From: Antedon mediterranea
Taxonomy: Eukaryota > Animalia > Echinodermata
Reading direction: 5' to 3'
Length of the DNA: 64,000 bases
Assembly (NCBI RefSeq): GCF_964355755.1
Contig: NC_092678.1
Location: 4,976,422-5,040,421 of the forward strand
Shown: piece by piece, positions 27,091-37,740 of the stretch
Layout of the letters: every line of letters begins with the position of its first letter
Position numbering within the stretch: the stretch's first letter is position 1
Program-made: the position numbers and the translations under genes
Notes under the pieces: generated by a model
The model's input: only the letters and a program-made list of their open reading frames with translations
The model's database searches: none
What the model was told of the DNA's origin: nothing

Positions 27091-28947
27091 ATGTTTGAAC
27101 AAAGTTCGTCAAACTTACCAAAAGCCAATATGATGAGTAGGAGCAATTTGAATCTGATTGCCGTTTGCCAGATGACATCCACGAGCGATATAGAAGCCAA
27201 CTACAAGACGTGTGAACAACTTGTGCACAGAGCCTCGCAAATGGGAGCTGAAGTATGTTAGTTTTTACTGCTGCCATGCCATAGTTTTGAAATGCAAATC
27301 CTTCCCTTATTTATTTATTTCAACAATATTTTATGAGGGTGGTCTATTAAGCTGAAGCTGATCATTAGGAACCCTCACAAAAATACAACATGACGAGACA
27401 TAAACATGTAACAATAAAAATTAAATTAAAATAAATACAATGTCAGGATCCCTCGCATTTTTTCCTGTTGTCGTGTTGTAAAACTGTCATTTTTTACTTT
27501 TCTAGATGACGTTCTTACCAGAAGGTTGCGATTTTATAAGTAAGACCAAAGAAGAAGCAGTTGCCATGGCAATATCATTAGATGGAGAGCTTATGTCGCG
27601 CTATAAAAATTTAGCAATGAAATACGATCAGTGGCTATCGTTAGGTGGAGTACATCTAAAGGTAAAGCAGGGTCAAACCATTTTAAATTGGGGTGGTCGT
27701 AAACTAATACATTTTTTATTTAATTATTTATAAATAATATTTTAACAGGAGGATGGAAACATGCTTAGTAATGCGCACATTTTGATCGACAACTTTGGTA
27801 AGATTATCGCTGTATATAAAAAAACACATCTGTTTGATGTTGATATACCAAATGTTGTTAGACTGAAAGAAACGGACCAAACCATTCCAGGAACGAGGTT
27901 GATTTCACCAGTGAGGTCACCAGTTGGAAGCGTGGGCATGGCAATTGTATCTTTTGACATTTAATAAATTATAGTATTACTTATTTATAGAATGTACCAG
28001 TAGTGAAACTTTTTTATTGTTAAAGAAGAATTTGTATAAAACAAATAAAAATGGTTTAGATGTTTTCTTAAATAATTTACCACCAGTGTTATGATATGCG
28101 TTTCCCTGAGCTCTCAATTGCTCTCACAAAAAGAGGAGCGGACATATTGACCTTCCCATCAGCATTCACACAGACGACAGGAATGGCACACTGGGAGGTG
28201 AGCAGATTCATTCAATTTCACTCCAATAGCAAGAGCACAACTCACCAATTACAGGATGGTAAACTGGGAAACCTTTTTAAATGAGGTTAGGTAGATGGCA
28301 CTCTATTGGCCGTTAGAAAAATCCTGGAACTGTTCACAGTTCCAGGATTTGTACCAAAGACCCTGGGATTGGAAGGCAAGAATGTCAACCACTAAGCATA
28401 TAAATGCTAATAAAATCCTAAATAAAAAATTATTTTCATCATTTTTAGAATTTTAAAGTAGCATACCAACTGTTTGTTTAGGTTCTTCTTCGTAGTCGTG
28501 CCATTGAAAACCAATGTTATGTTGCAGCAGCCGCTCAGACTGGAAAGCACAACGAGAAAAGAACGTCTTATGGTCACGCTATGGTCAGTTCAATTATAAA
28601 TAAATGGTTACATCATCATATTTATACAGGAGTGTGGTTTACAAAATAATAATAATGGTAGTTTTATATAGCGTCTAATTTAATGTTTCTAAGCGCTTTA
28701 CATACAAAAGTGATCAAATAAAGTTACAGTTCATCGTTCTTTAAATGCGTTACCTAATCTTACTTGTGTTTTGCAGATTGTGGACCCATGGGGGACAATA
28801 CTGGCTTGTTGCCGAGAGGGCGCTGATGTGTGCGTAGCCAATGTTGACCACGACTACATACAGCAGGTTCGAAAGAGGATGCCAGTGTGGGAACACAGAC
28901 GTCACGATATCTATGGCACTGTATTGTTCAATGGCGACAAATTATAG
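27091..28947 (+). CDS. NIT1: Deaminated glutathione amidase NIT1 (carbon-nitrogen hydrolase)
   Basis: Exons 27091-27252, 27506-27661, 27749-27946, 28087-28197, 28482-28583, 28777-28947. Motifs IAVCQMTS, catalytic E (FLPE), K ([11 protein letters not shown]), C (CYDMRFPE), [40 protein letters not shown]. The true start may lie in an upstream exon (acceptor-like tttag at 27066). Confidence 0.93.
27947..28086 (+). other. Probable U12-type (minor spliceosome) GT-AG intron in NIT1
   Basis: 5' splice site GTATCTTT; branch-like TTTTCTTAAAT at 28063-28073 close to the AG; no polypyrimidine tract. Confidence 0.7.
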
Positions 28948-29467
28948 TGCATCAATTATAATCATGAAATAAGTAAAACTTACTCTTTGGTACTGTAGCT
29001 GTTATTGTATTCAACTAAAACTCTTCAATAATTTAATAAAATAGGTTTAAATATTACTGATAATGTATAATTTATTTTTTTATAATATGGTGACAAACTG
29101 TATGAAATTAATGAAATTATTATTAATTAAAATTATGGAAAACAAATGATGATTTTATACAATGTACTGTAGTCCAATTTGTATGGTATTTACTGTGTGT
29201 CTCAAAACTCTTCAATAATTTAATCAAACAGGTTCAAATACAAGATATACATGTGTTGCTGTAAGATGTCTGACTCGTTGCAATAAAGATTCCACACTTC
29301 AAAGTTTGTTTACAAAAATGTATTTATTTACAAAATTCAAAGGATTAACAAAGATGATGATAAATAGCATGATTTACAAGATCACTCGGCCTGTACTTAA
29401 ATGCAAGAAATGTAGACGATAAAACACTGTACTGTAAAATACTCATTCTTCCTTGTACACAAGCAGT

Positions 29468-32400
29468 TCATTTAATCTAAAAAGAACAAAATATTATTTG
29501 ATTTTATGTCAATGATGATAATAATATTATCCCGGATTTATAAAGCCTGAAGTTGTAAAACCTTTTAAGCACTGTACATAAAAAATTCAACTTATGTTAA
29601 TCATTGATCCTAAAATATTGACTTATCTTCTACATCAAATCAAAGAGTATGTCAAGATAACTTACAGTGTATTTATCCCATTTTTTTTCTGGATCATATA
29701 TTTCCCATCGACTCGCTGGAAATATATGCTTGTTGCGCTCATACCAACTCCGTAAAACAACTTTCCCTGCATGAGACTGAAAAGAAAACATTTAGTTTCA
29801 GTTTATATCTTAAAAAGCTATGTATGTATGATTAGTTTTAGTACTTTTGTTTGTAAAAAAAACAGTTATTGTGTGAAGAAGCAGTGGATTTGTACATTCA
29901 GTTTTTAACGTACCTCATCTTTTTCAACTCTTGAATCCGACACAAGCCTTATGTCATCGTGAACATCAAAATTAAACAGTGGACCTGAAATGAGAAGTAT
30001 GAACAATACATTAGATGGTATGGTGCCAAGGCTTTTACAACCATTAGTCTCCTTGTACAAAAGTATATATAAATATACTGTGATCACAACTACTAAACAC
30101 TTTGCTTGTGTATGGTCCTATAGACAATTAGGGGTTATCCAACTAGCTCATACAGCCAGACAATTAGGGGTTATCCAACTAGCTCATACAGCCAGACATT
30201 GCATGTAAAATTTCACAATGTCAGACTGTATTTGATTGAAAAATGAATTTATGACTCACCACTTTTGCCTCTTGCTTTGGTAACGATAAAATCGTAAAAT
30301 GTTGCATGCTGGGAAAAATGATAGAAATCGAAATGATGTAATGTTGTGCACAAATACAACACCCGCAATGCCGACAGGATTCGCAACGTCAATTGTAATA
30401 CAGTGCGTCATAGTAACAGTCCTCTACCTTATTTGATTAACTTAAGCAACGAATTTAATTTGTGAGTTGCGCCCTTCGATCCTTTTTTTTTTTTTTTTTT
30501 TTTAATTGTAATCACTTATTTTATTGTTATCATGAAATGCAATTCAGCTTGGGACGCATGCGTCCCTATATGCTGCTATATTTTATGAATTTTGTTTTTG
30601 TAAATTTGTTGTTTTCATTTTTGAATAAAGATATACCAGTCAATAAATAATTATAACGATTGGTGGAAAACAATACTGTATTCTTATCAAAGTTTAGACT
30701 GTACTACATTTAAATAAGATGAGGATAACTCACGTGTGGTAGAATCAAGTCTTCCTTGACATACATAAGAGCTTCTACCGTACATGCTCTGAAAAAAGAG
30801 GCAGGTTATTTTTTTTTGTGAGCCTAACAACTGTGAATAAATGAAATAGTCAAAATGACATTTAAGACAATCATTAAAGGGCACTTACTTCAATTCACTA
30901 AATTCTTTCTTTAAATTCTCCAAACATTTTATCAAAAACCTCTGCATAGTGTCACCCTTTTTCATCTGTAAAAATTAATACAATTGTGTTATTGCCATGA
31001 CGACTAGGAAGGTTGAAAACAATAGAGAGATGAGAAAGAAAGATGAATAATTTGAAAGATTAATTACCTTTGTCTGTCTTCTGTGTCCAGATCCATCCCA
31101 ATAGCTGTAAGTAATTTCAATTTCCTCTTCTATAAAATATAAAAGAAAATAATAATTCAATGTGTGTCGAAATCATGTGCTGTAAATACACAAGGGAAAA
31201 CAAGCTGATATGTAAAAAATACACACTCCACATTCATTATTTGTATATTATATAACAAAGAGTCGCTATCCAATCGAGTTCGAACAATACCATGAAAGCC
31301 CCAGTGGTCTAATGGTTAGGACATCTGCATATCAAGCAGGCGGTCCGAGTTCGAGTCTCGGTTGGGGCGACTTTTTCTCATTCTCACAGATTTCCTCATC
31401 TTTATCGTTTCAAATTAATTAATTAAATTTCAGTATATCACCGGGCGGTTTAGAATTAATGTTCTTTGCCTGATTTGTTTATATTATATAACACCTAAAT
31501 AAATTTAATTTTACTTGCATAAAAGAATAAATTCAACTAACGTTTAATCCCTTCCTGTTTGGTTTCCCATTCTTGTCGCAATTCCTCTCGCATTTTGTTC
31601 TCTTCTTCCTGCAAAACAAACAACTTGTCATAATAAAACGTCTGATACAGCATTTTGATCTCAGTCTACAAGAAAAGGAAGTCGAGTTACGTTTCGTTAC
31701 CTCGCGTTCTCTGTCCGGAAGAAAACTAGTGTCAACATCTGGGTTCTTTCCAACGCCCTTTTTCTTTACTTCAACTGCAAAAACATGAAATGTAATTGAG
31801 TAAAATGAAAAAAAAACTCTTTCCAATGCAAAGAAGATGCTTTCGTAACAAATAAACATTATTACTTAAGCACAAATATTATTTTAATCTCACCTTTTTC
31901 TTCTTCTTCTTCCTCCTCCTCGTTTTCTTCGTCATCCATTGCAAATGATAGAGTTACACTGCTTTTTATTTTATTTTTTTTCCTTTTCTTATCCTTCTTA
32001 CTGCCCTCTCCGAACCTGAAGTAGACAATTTTAGTTTTGTACTATTGAGATAATTTTAATTTTATGATACAGTTGATGAAAATATCCATCACATTTTGAG
32101 AACAGAACTACCTCTTCTTCTTCTTATTTTTCTCTCTGCTGACCATTTTGAATAAACTTACTTTTTTGGTTCTGCTTTGGCAAGCTCCTTTTCACGTTCT
32201 TTGATGAGATCTTCTCGTTTTGCCTTCATTTCATCAAGTGTCATTAACCCTGGGAAGAAAACATACAGAATGATACACACGTCCAAGTGACACATTACAT
32301 AAGAAGAGTCCGACTATGAATTACTTGAACCACACCGAACCCCAATGAACATATTTACTGATCATCTTTTCAGAGGGAGAGGTAGGGAGAAGTTCGGAGA

Positions 32401-33120
32401 GGGTGATCATCGTAAGCACCACTTGCCGTAAGATGCGGATCATTGGGGTTTGGTGTGGTTCATCATTGGGGTGTGGTTTGATGTGGTAATTCGTTGGACC
32501 AGATAAGTATACACTAATTACCAACAGTACTGCATTTAAGTTGCTGCTCAACTGCATCGTAGTGAGAAGAGAATTTTGTACCAATTGACGCAAATTTACT
32601 TTCCTGTTTTAATAAAATAATAGAAAAAAAATAAATGTAAATAATAATTAATTATTCATTGTAATGTATTGTTATTTGATAATCATTCTTTCAGTATATA
32701 AATTATAATATTAATTAATATAAATAAATCATTAAATACAAGTTTTAATAGTTAGTCTATAGATAAAAAAAAGTTTAATTTACAAAATATACTGATTTAT
32801 GTTATAAATACTAACAAAGATGAGTGTATTGTTATACTCGTTCAAATCGCGACATAATTTAAGGCTAGGCCGGGTGTTCAGGCCATAACAATATTATAGA
32901 AACATCAACGCCTGGAAAGTGGGTTGTGTGCGTGTAAATCTTCTATTATGACAATACATTCTACCAGTGTGGCCTAGCTAGGATTAAACATAAACAATTT
33001 TTAACTTACAGTCTCAATTTTAAGTTTTTTCTTTTCAATTTCTTCCTTTTGCTTTTCCCTTCTCTTTTGGAGCTGCCTCAAACGCCCATCTTCCCTCATT
33101 CCTCCTCTATATTCCGTCAT
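29468..33120 (-). CDS. FAM50A: FAM50/XAP5 family spliceosome-associated protein
   Basis: Exon 33010-33120 [24 protein letters not shown]; 32522-32603 [19 protein letters not shown]; then [99 protein letters not shown] (29468). The A/B paralogue cannot be assigned. Confidence 0.93.
30121..30198. repeat. 36-bp tandem duplication
   Basis: agacaattaggggttatccaactagctcatacagcc x2. Confidence 0.9.
30351..30650 (+). mobile_element. Short 5'-truncated LINE 3' end (related to 23331-23820)
   Basis: Frame [37 protein letters not shown] parallels MTLRHNRKV..KTKRFQTSPVPFMVELLNKL*. The 3' UTR has gcaattcagc...gctgc and aataaa. Confidence 0.7.
31244..31493 (+). mobile_element. Repeated cassette carrying a tRNA-like gene, flanked by a 14-bp direct repeat
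   Basis: TATATTATATAACA at 31244-31257 and 31480-31493. About 185 bp is shared with 1782-1970. Confidence 0.75.
31298..31369 (+). tRNA. tRNA-like gene, complete 72-nt cloverleaf, anticodon ATC (Asp), G discriminator; function unknown
   Basis: Acceptor GCCCCAG/TTGGGGC, D arm GTCT..GGAC with A box TGGTCTAATGG, anticodon stem TCTGC/GCAGG with loop ATATCAA, T stem CCGAG/CTCGG with loop TTCGAGT, then TTTTT at 31372-31376. Confidence 0.7.
32326..32462. repeat. 23-bp inverted repeat enclosing ~90 bp in FAM50 intron 2
   Basis: tgaaccacaccgaaccccaatga (32326-32348) / tcattggggtttggtgtggttca (32440-32462), 22 of 23 complementary. Confidence 0.85.
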
Positions 33121-33234
33121 TTTAGCTGGTAATCAACGTCCACATTTGACGTACGGCGACGAACGAAATAATCTGGAGGACACCCCCAACGTTGAAAAAA
33201 TGGAGAGCAAACAGCGCCACCTATAATGTTAGTT

Positions 33235-33247
33235 GTTGCTTGGCAAC
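33235..33247. promoter_or_regulatory. RFX X-box in the FAM50/PIERCE1 bidirectional promoter
   Basis: GTTGCTTGGCAAC matches the RFX palindromic consensus and lies about 140 bp upstream of the ATG of a motile-cilia gene. Confidence 0.75.
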
Positions 33248-33388
33248 CAACTATTTATACGCAGTAAATTGATTGCTTTTTTTTCTCCGCAGAGGATCGA
33301 TCATTCGTTGTCCAACAACAACAGCAGACGTAAAACGAAGCCTCAACAGTGGTAATTTCGGATCCGTAATTTCTTTAAAATATCAGTC

Positions 33389-35421
33389 ATGGCAGCAGCA
33401 GAAAACAAAGTGACACTCCCAAATCAGGTAGAACAATTTTGTTAATAGTCTAGGCCTAGCTTATTAGTAGGGCCGCCGCCGGGCCGCCTACCTAGCTAGC
33501 TAGCTAGGGCCTAGCCTACTACTAGCTAGAGTAGGCTAGGTAGGCCTAGCTAGGCTAGCCAGTGTTAGGTTAGGCTACCCAGAATTGATTGCTTGCGTTT
33601 ACACACAGCAGACTGATGATGAGAGAGAGAGAGGGATGGGACTGGTGGTGGTGTGGTGTGCCAACATAGATAGGAGAGGAGGAAAGAGTTGGGTCAAAGT
33701 GTCTAAAATTGTGTCGCGATACTTTGGTGGGATAGAGACTGAAAATTCATCATTCAAAAATAAAAATTCTTGACTTAGGGCCTAGGCTATATCATAATCA
33801 TCATTATTGTTCATATAATTAATTACATAAACCAAAGATAATAACATTGATATTGTTAATTTTTATAAAAATGTTTCAGGCAACCCCCTAAAACCTCATG
33901 TCCCAATCGTATATTTCATAACCTGACTTTTGTTATTGAAAATATAGTAAAAAGTTAGTTAATCATGATATCATGCGATTTTATTCTTCAAAATACATCT
34001 CTGCATACATTAAATCTCAAACTTTTAAGTTTTTGTTTGGAAAAAGCTTGTCCCGCACTTTTGTGTCATATCCGTCACATAATTTAAATGTGCCGTCTAC
34101 AGTTTAATGAACGGCGGGGAAAAAAATTGATTGTGCGTTGTAAACATACGAAGATATTGAAGTAAAACTTGAAAAAAAAAAGAATAAAAGAGGAAAAAAG
34201 CTAATAAAACGAGGTTTTAGAAAAATTACAGTTGCGTACCTTTATTGAATGTCATTTCCGAACGGTATAGAACTCATTAAATAATTATAATTTCTGATTT
34301 TTTTTTCAACTGGAAGTACAATTTATTCACGGTATCTAGAAGTATGTACTCCGTCTCCGCTGTCAGACATGCCTGGGCTGTTCTAAGCTAAATACATCAT
34401 CTCCGTCACGGTTAGCTCCGTCACATTTCCCAATGTTTCGTTGTGACGGAGATGACGGCCTATATAATAAAGATCGCGACAAACATACGCTTGCCATGTA
34501 ATACATGTTCATTTATCTGAATAAACTTTAACAATTTAAAAAATTCAAGTTTAAAAAACGATTTTTTATTAACCTGAAATTAGACACTTACTGAAGAATC
34601 ACCCAGTTACAAAAAATACTTAGGCCTAGAGGCTAATTTAAACTAACGGTACACCATGGTATGTTTGTTTTAAATTAGGATGGCGGTCTTCAATCTCCGC
34701 AAACTGAAGCTTCTCTGCCGACTTCAACTTCACAGAAACATGCAACATCAGATTTTTACCGAACACATAATCTACCAGATAGGTTTGAACATCCAGGTAA
34801 GAAAACAAGAGATAACAAAATTGTTTTATAACAAATTGTTCTCCGTAGACCGGAATGGAAGTACTGTATTAACATAATTAATGAATATTATGCAAGTAAA
34901 TATTATTTATTAAGGGATTGTTGTTTACGTTTTTGCCTCCAATTCATTCCCACCATGCATTGCTGTGCAATGATGGTCTTTGCAATATCAAGCTATCTGC
35001 GATAAACCTATAATAATTATACATTGGTTTTTTGCAGAATGTTTTCAGGGCTATAACACTAAATCACAGAACCCTATGTACAGAACGACGAGTATGGAGA
35101 TTGGAAGCAGGTCACCCACAGTACATCACATGCCCAACAGCTTCCATGCACGATCCCAACAGTTTTCAGTGGTAAGAACAATTTTCAACCTTTATGAAAA
35201 AATGTTTTTTTTCTAAAACAAAAGCTCTGGTTTAGTCATCCAATTGAAGTACAATTTGGCTTTTAATAATTTAAATGGTATTCTAATATTACAGGTGGTT
35301 TATGCAAATGAAAGGCACCCAGATGATCTAATTTATGTTTTTGTTTCTTTAGCACTTGGGGACATGTGGCATGTACAGAAATCATGGTTTAAACACGTCG
35401 ACGGACAAGTCAAAAGTTTGA
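33389..35421 (+). CDS. PIERCE1: Piercer of microtubule wall protein (PIERCE1/C9orf116-like, DUF4490)
   Basis: Exons 33389-33427, 34679-34796, 35038-35171, 35353-35421: TSDFYRTHNLPDRFEHPECFQGYNTKSQNPMYRTTSMEIGSRSPTVHHMPNSFHARSQQFSVHLGTCGMYRNHGLNTSTDKSKV*. Confidence 0.85.
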
Positions 35422-37740
35422 AATGGCGCCCTTAGCAAATTGAACATCTTTTACCAGCAGGAATGAAATAACCATTTTTCTATTAACGTTTAAAATACAT
35501 ACAGTATGTTGAATAAATATTGAAAGAATAAGCTATTAATAGTAATAATTACACATTACTGTAGCAATATCAATTTTAAATGTTTTGTATTTTAATGTGT
35601 ACATTCATTCATTCGTTCATTTTATTATCTATTTTTGCAATAATGTTACATGAAAATTGCTACAATTTTAGAGGTAATGTAGTTGTTAGACGTTCATTTA
35701 GTAAGAAAGCAAATTGTACTTAATTGAACCCTTGGTTATATAAATTAAGTGAGATTGTACGTCACGTTAATTGTAAAAACATTCACCATTTGATAATGTT
35801 TTTGTAAGGTACCATAGTTATGTTGCAATGATGACATCATTGCACCAACTTTGATGACATCATTGCACCAACTTTGATGACCTTATCCCTTATCTAGTCG
35901 AAGTGCACAATAATTTTAGCATTCAAATAGAATAACAATTTAATTTGTTGTTTTTCTTTTATTGCACTGACAAAAAAATTGCCATGTAAACTTAAATAAA
36001 ATTCCACAAATAAAATATTACATATATATATATAATTGGATGCATTGTTTGAATACAATAATATACCATTTGACCTCCGTAATATGGTATCAATTTAACT
36101 GTTTATAATTGTAATTCATGACACAGTACCAGTGACTGATCTGATCAAACAATGCACATCAACATCTATATTTTAATAATAAAAAAAAATAACAATTATA
36201 AATTATTAATACAGTAGAAAAAAGTAGAAATTATAAGTGTATGGGTGATGAAAAAGTGTATTCCCCCTCCCCAGCAAAAACTAGGTAGAAGACATCCCCT
36301 TTTTCATCATCGAAAAAGTTGGGTGCAGAACAGAGCCAGTTTGGTCATCTGGATCTGCCTCTGCATAGTTTCAATGATCATAATATAAATTTCTTTAAGA
36401 ATGAATTTCCTCATTTGCATACTAAGCATATGTTCACACACAGTTACCATTTCTAATATCAAAACTTTGCCATAAGACATTTTGTGTCATGTTGACATTC
36501 TAACATAACACCTGATTTGCATGTAAAGTGCTCAGTATTTAAAATGTATTAGTTTTTGTCTGAAAATTAAATTTGAATTTTATTTAATTTTATGGTTTAC
36601 TGGAATGTTGTTGTGCTGTTTATAATATATTATAATGATTAAATCTTATAATAATTACCTGTATTACCTAGACATTTCTCAGCTTTAATTTCAGTATAAA
36701 ATAACATGGGAATAACTTTAACATGGAATTAAAGGGGAAACAGCAAAATGCGGTCACCTGTGAATTATCGGTCTCAGTGGAATGTTTAGTGTTTGGAAAA
36801 AATGCCAAATTTAGTCTGTATAAATAACATATAACATATACATATCATGGAATATAGTTAAAAACACTGGAATGCTTTTGTAACATAAAATTACAATGTA
36901 TGGAAAAAAACATTAAAAAATAACATTACATACATTTTTAGTCTTGGTTTGAAGTTCTATTTAAAATAAAATCCGGAATGCTTTTTAAACATGGCACAAT
37001 ATGGGTGTGTGAAAAATAATAAAAATCAATTGTTAGTCATAACGTTAATTACATAAATTATCAATGTAAGAATAAAAAAAATCTCATTAACAAAATTTAC
37101 AGAAGATCAATAACAAATAACGTTTTCAATTAAATTATATATTGACATCTTTTTAAAAATGTACATTTTTATAATTATAATTTTACGCACTAACAACAAA
37201 ATAACAACGTATAATTTAATGTCATTAAATAAATTAAAATAGAACTAATTAACAAAACAAAATTAGCCAAATATTGTTAGGTGGCCTATCTCTGATGATA
37301 TTGAAACAATATCAGATTAATTTTATATAATTTAAAATAACTAGAATTAAATATTTTAAATATAAAAAAAATATGATAATAATATACACTTTTGTATTAT
37401 ATAATGTAATATACAGTAGTGTCAGTCAACCCTGATTTAATTATAAATGGACTTGTTAAACTGAGAAATTTATCTAAGATTACTGCAGTAATCTTGCAGT
37501 AAACTTGCACAAGAGAAAGTCGCAAGCACTCATGCCAGCCAATCAGCAAGTGGAGTTCACTATGTTTTAATAAGTTAATACAGTACACCTTACTAGATAC
37601 CAGTGTACACTCAATATTAACCACAGTAATATATATATATTGTATTGTATATAAAGAATATTGATATCACTATATGGAAGCAAATATATCTTATTATGAT
37701 GGTTATATATATAATGTATAGATAATAATTTGGTATGACA

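Noticed and set aside
33449-33580. Dense CTAG/GGCC palindromic tract (ctaggcctag) after PIERCE1 exon 1
   Set aside because: It is low-complexity, and similar words recur near other first introns (26030-26060, 46321-46350). No discrete element can be defined.
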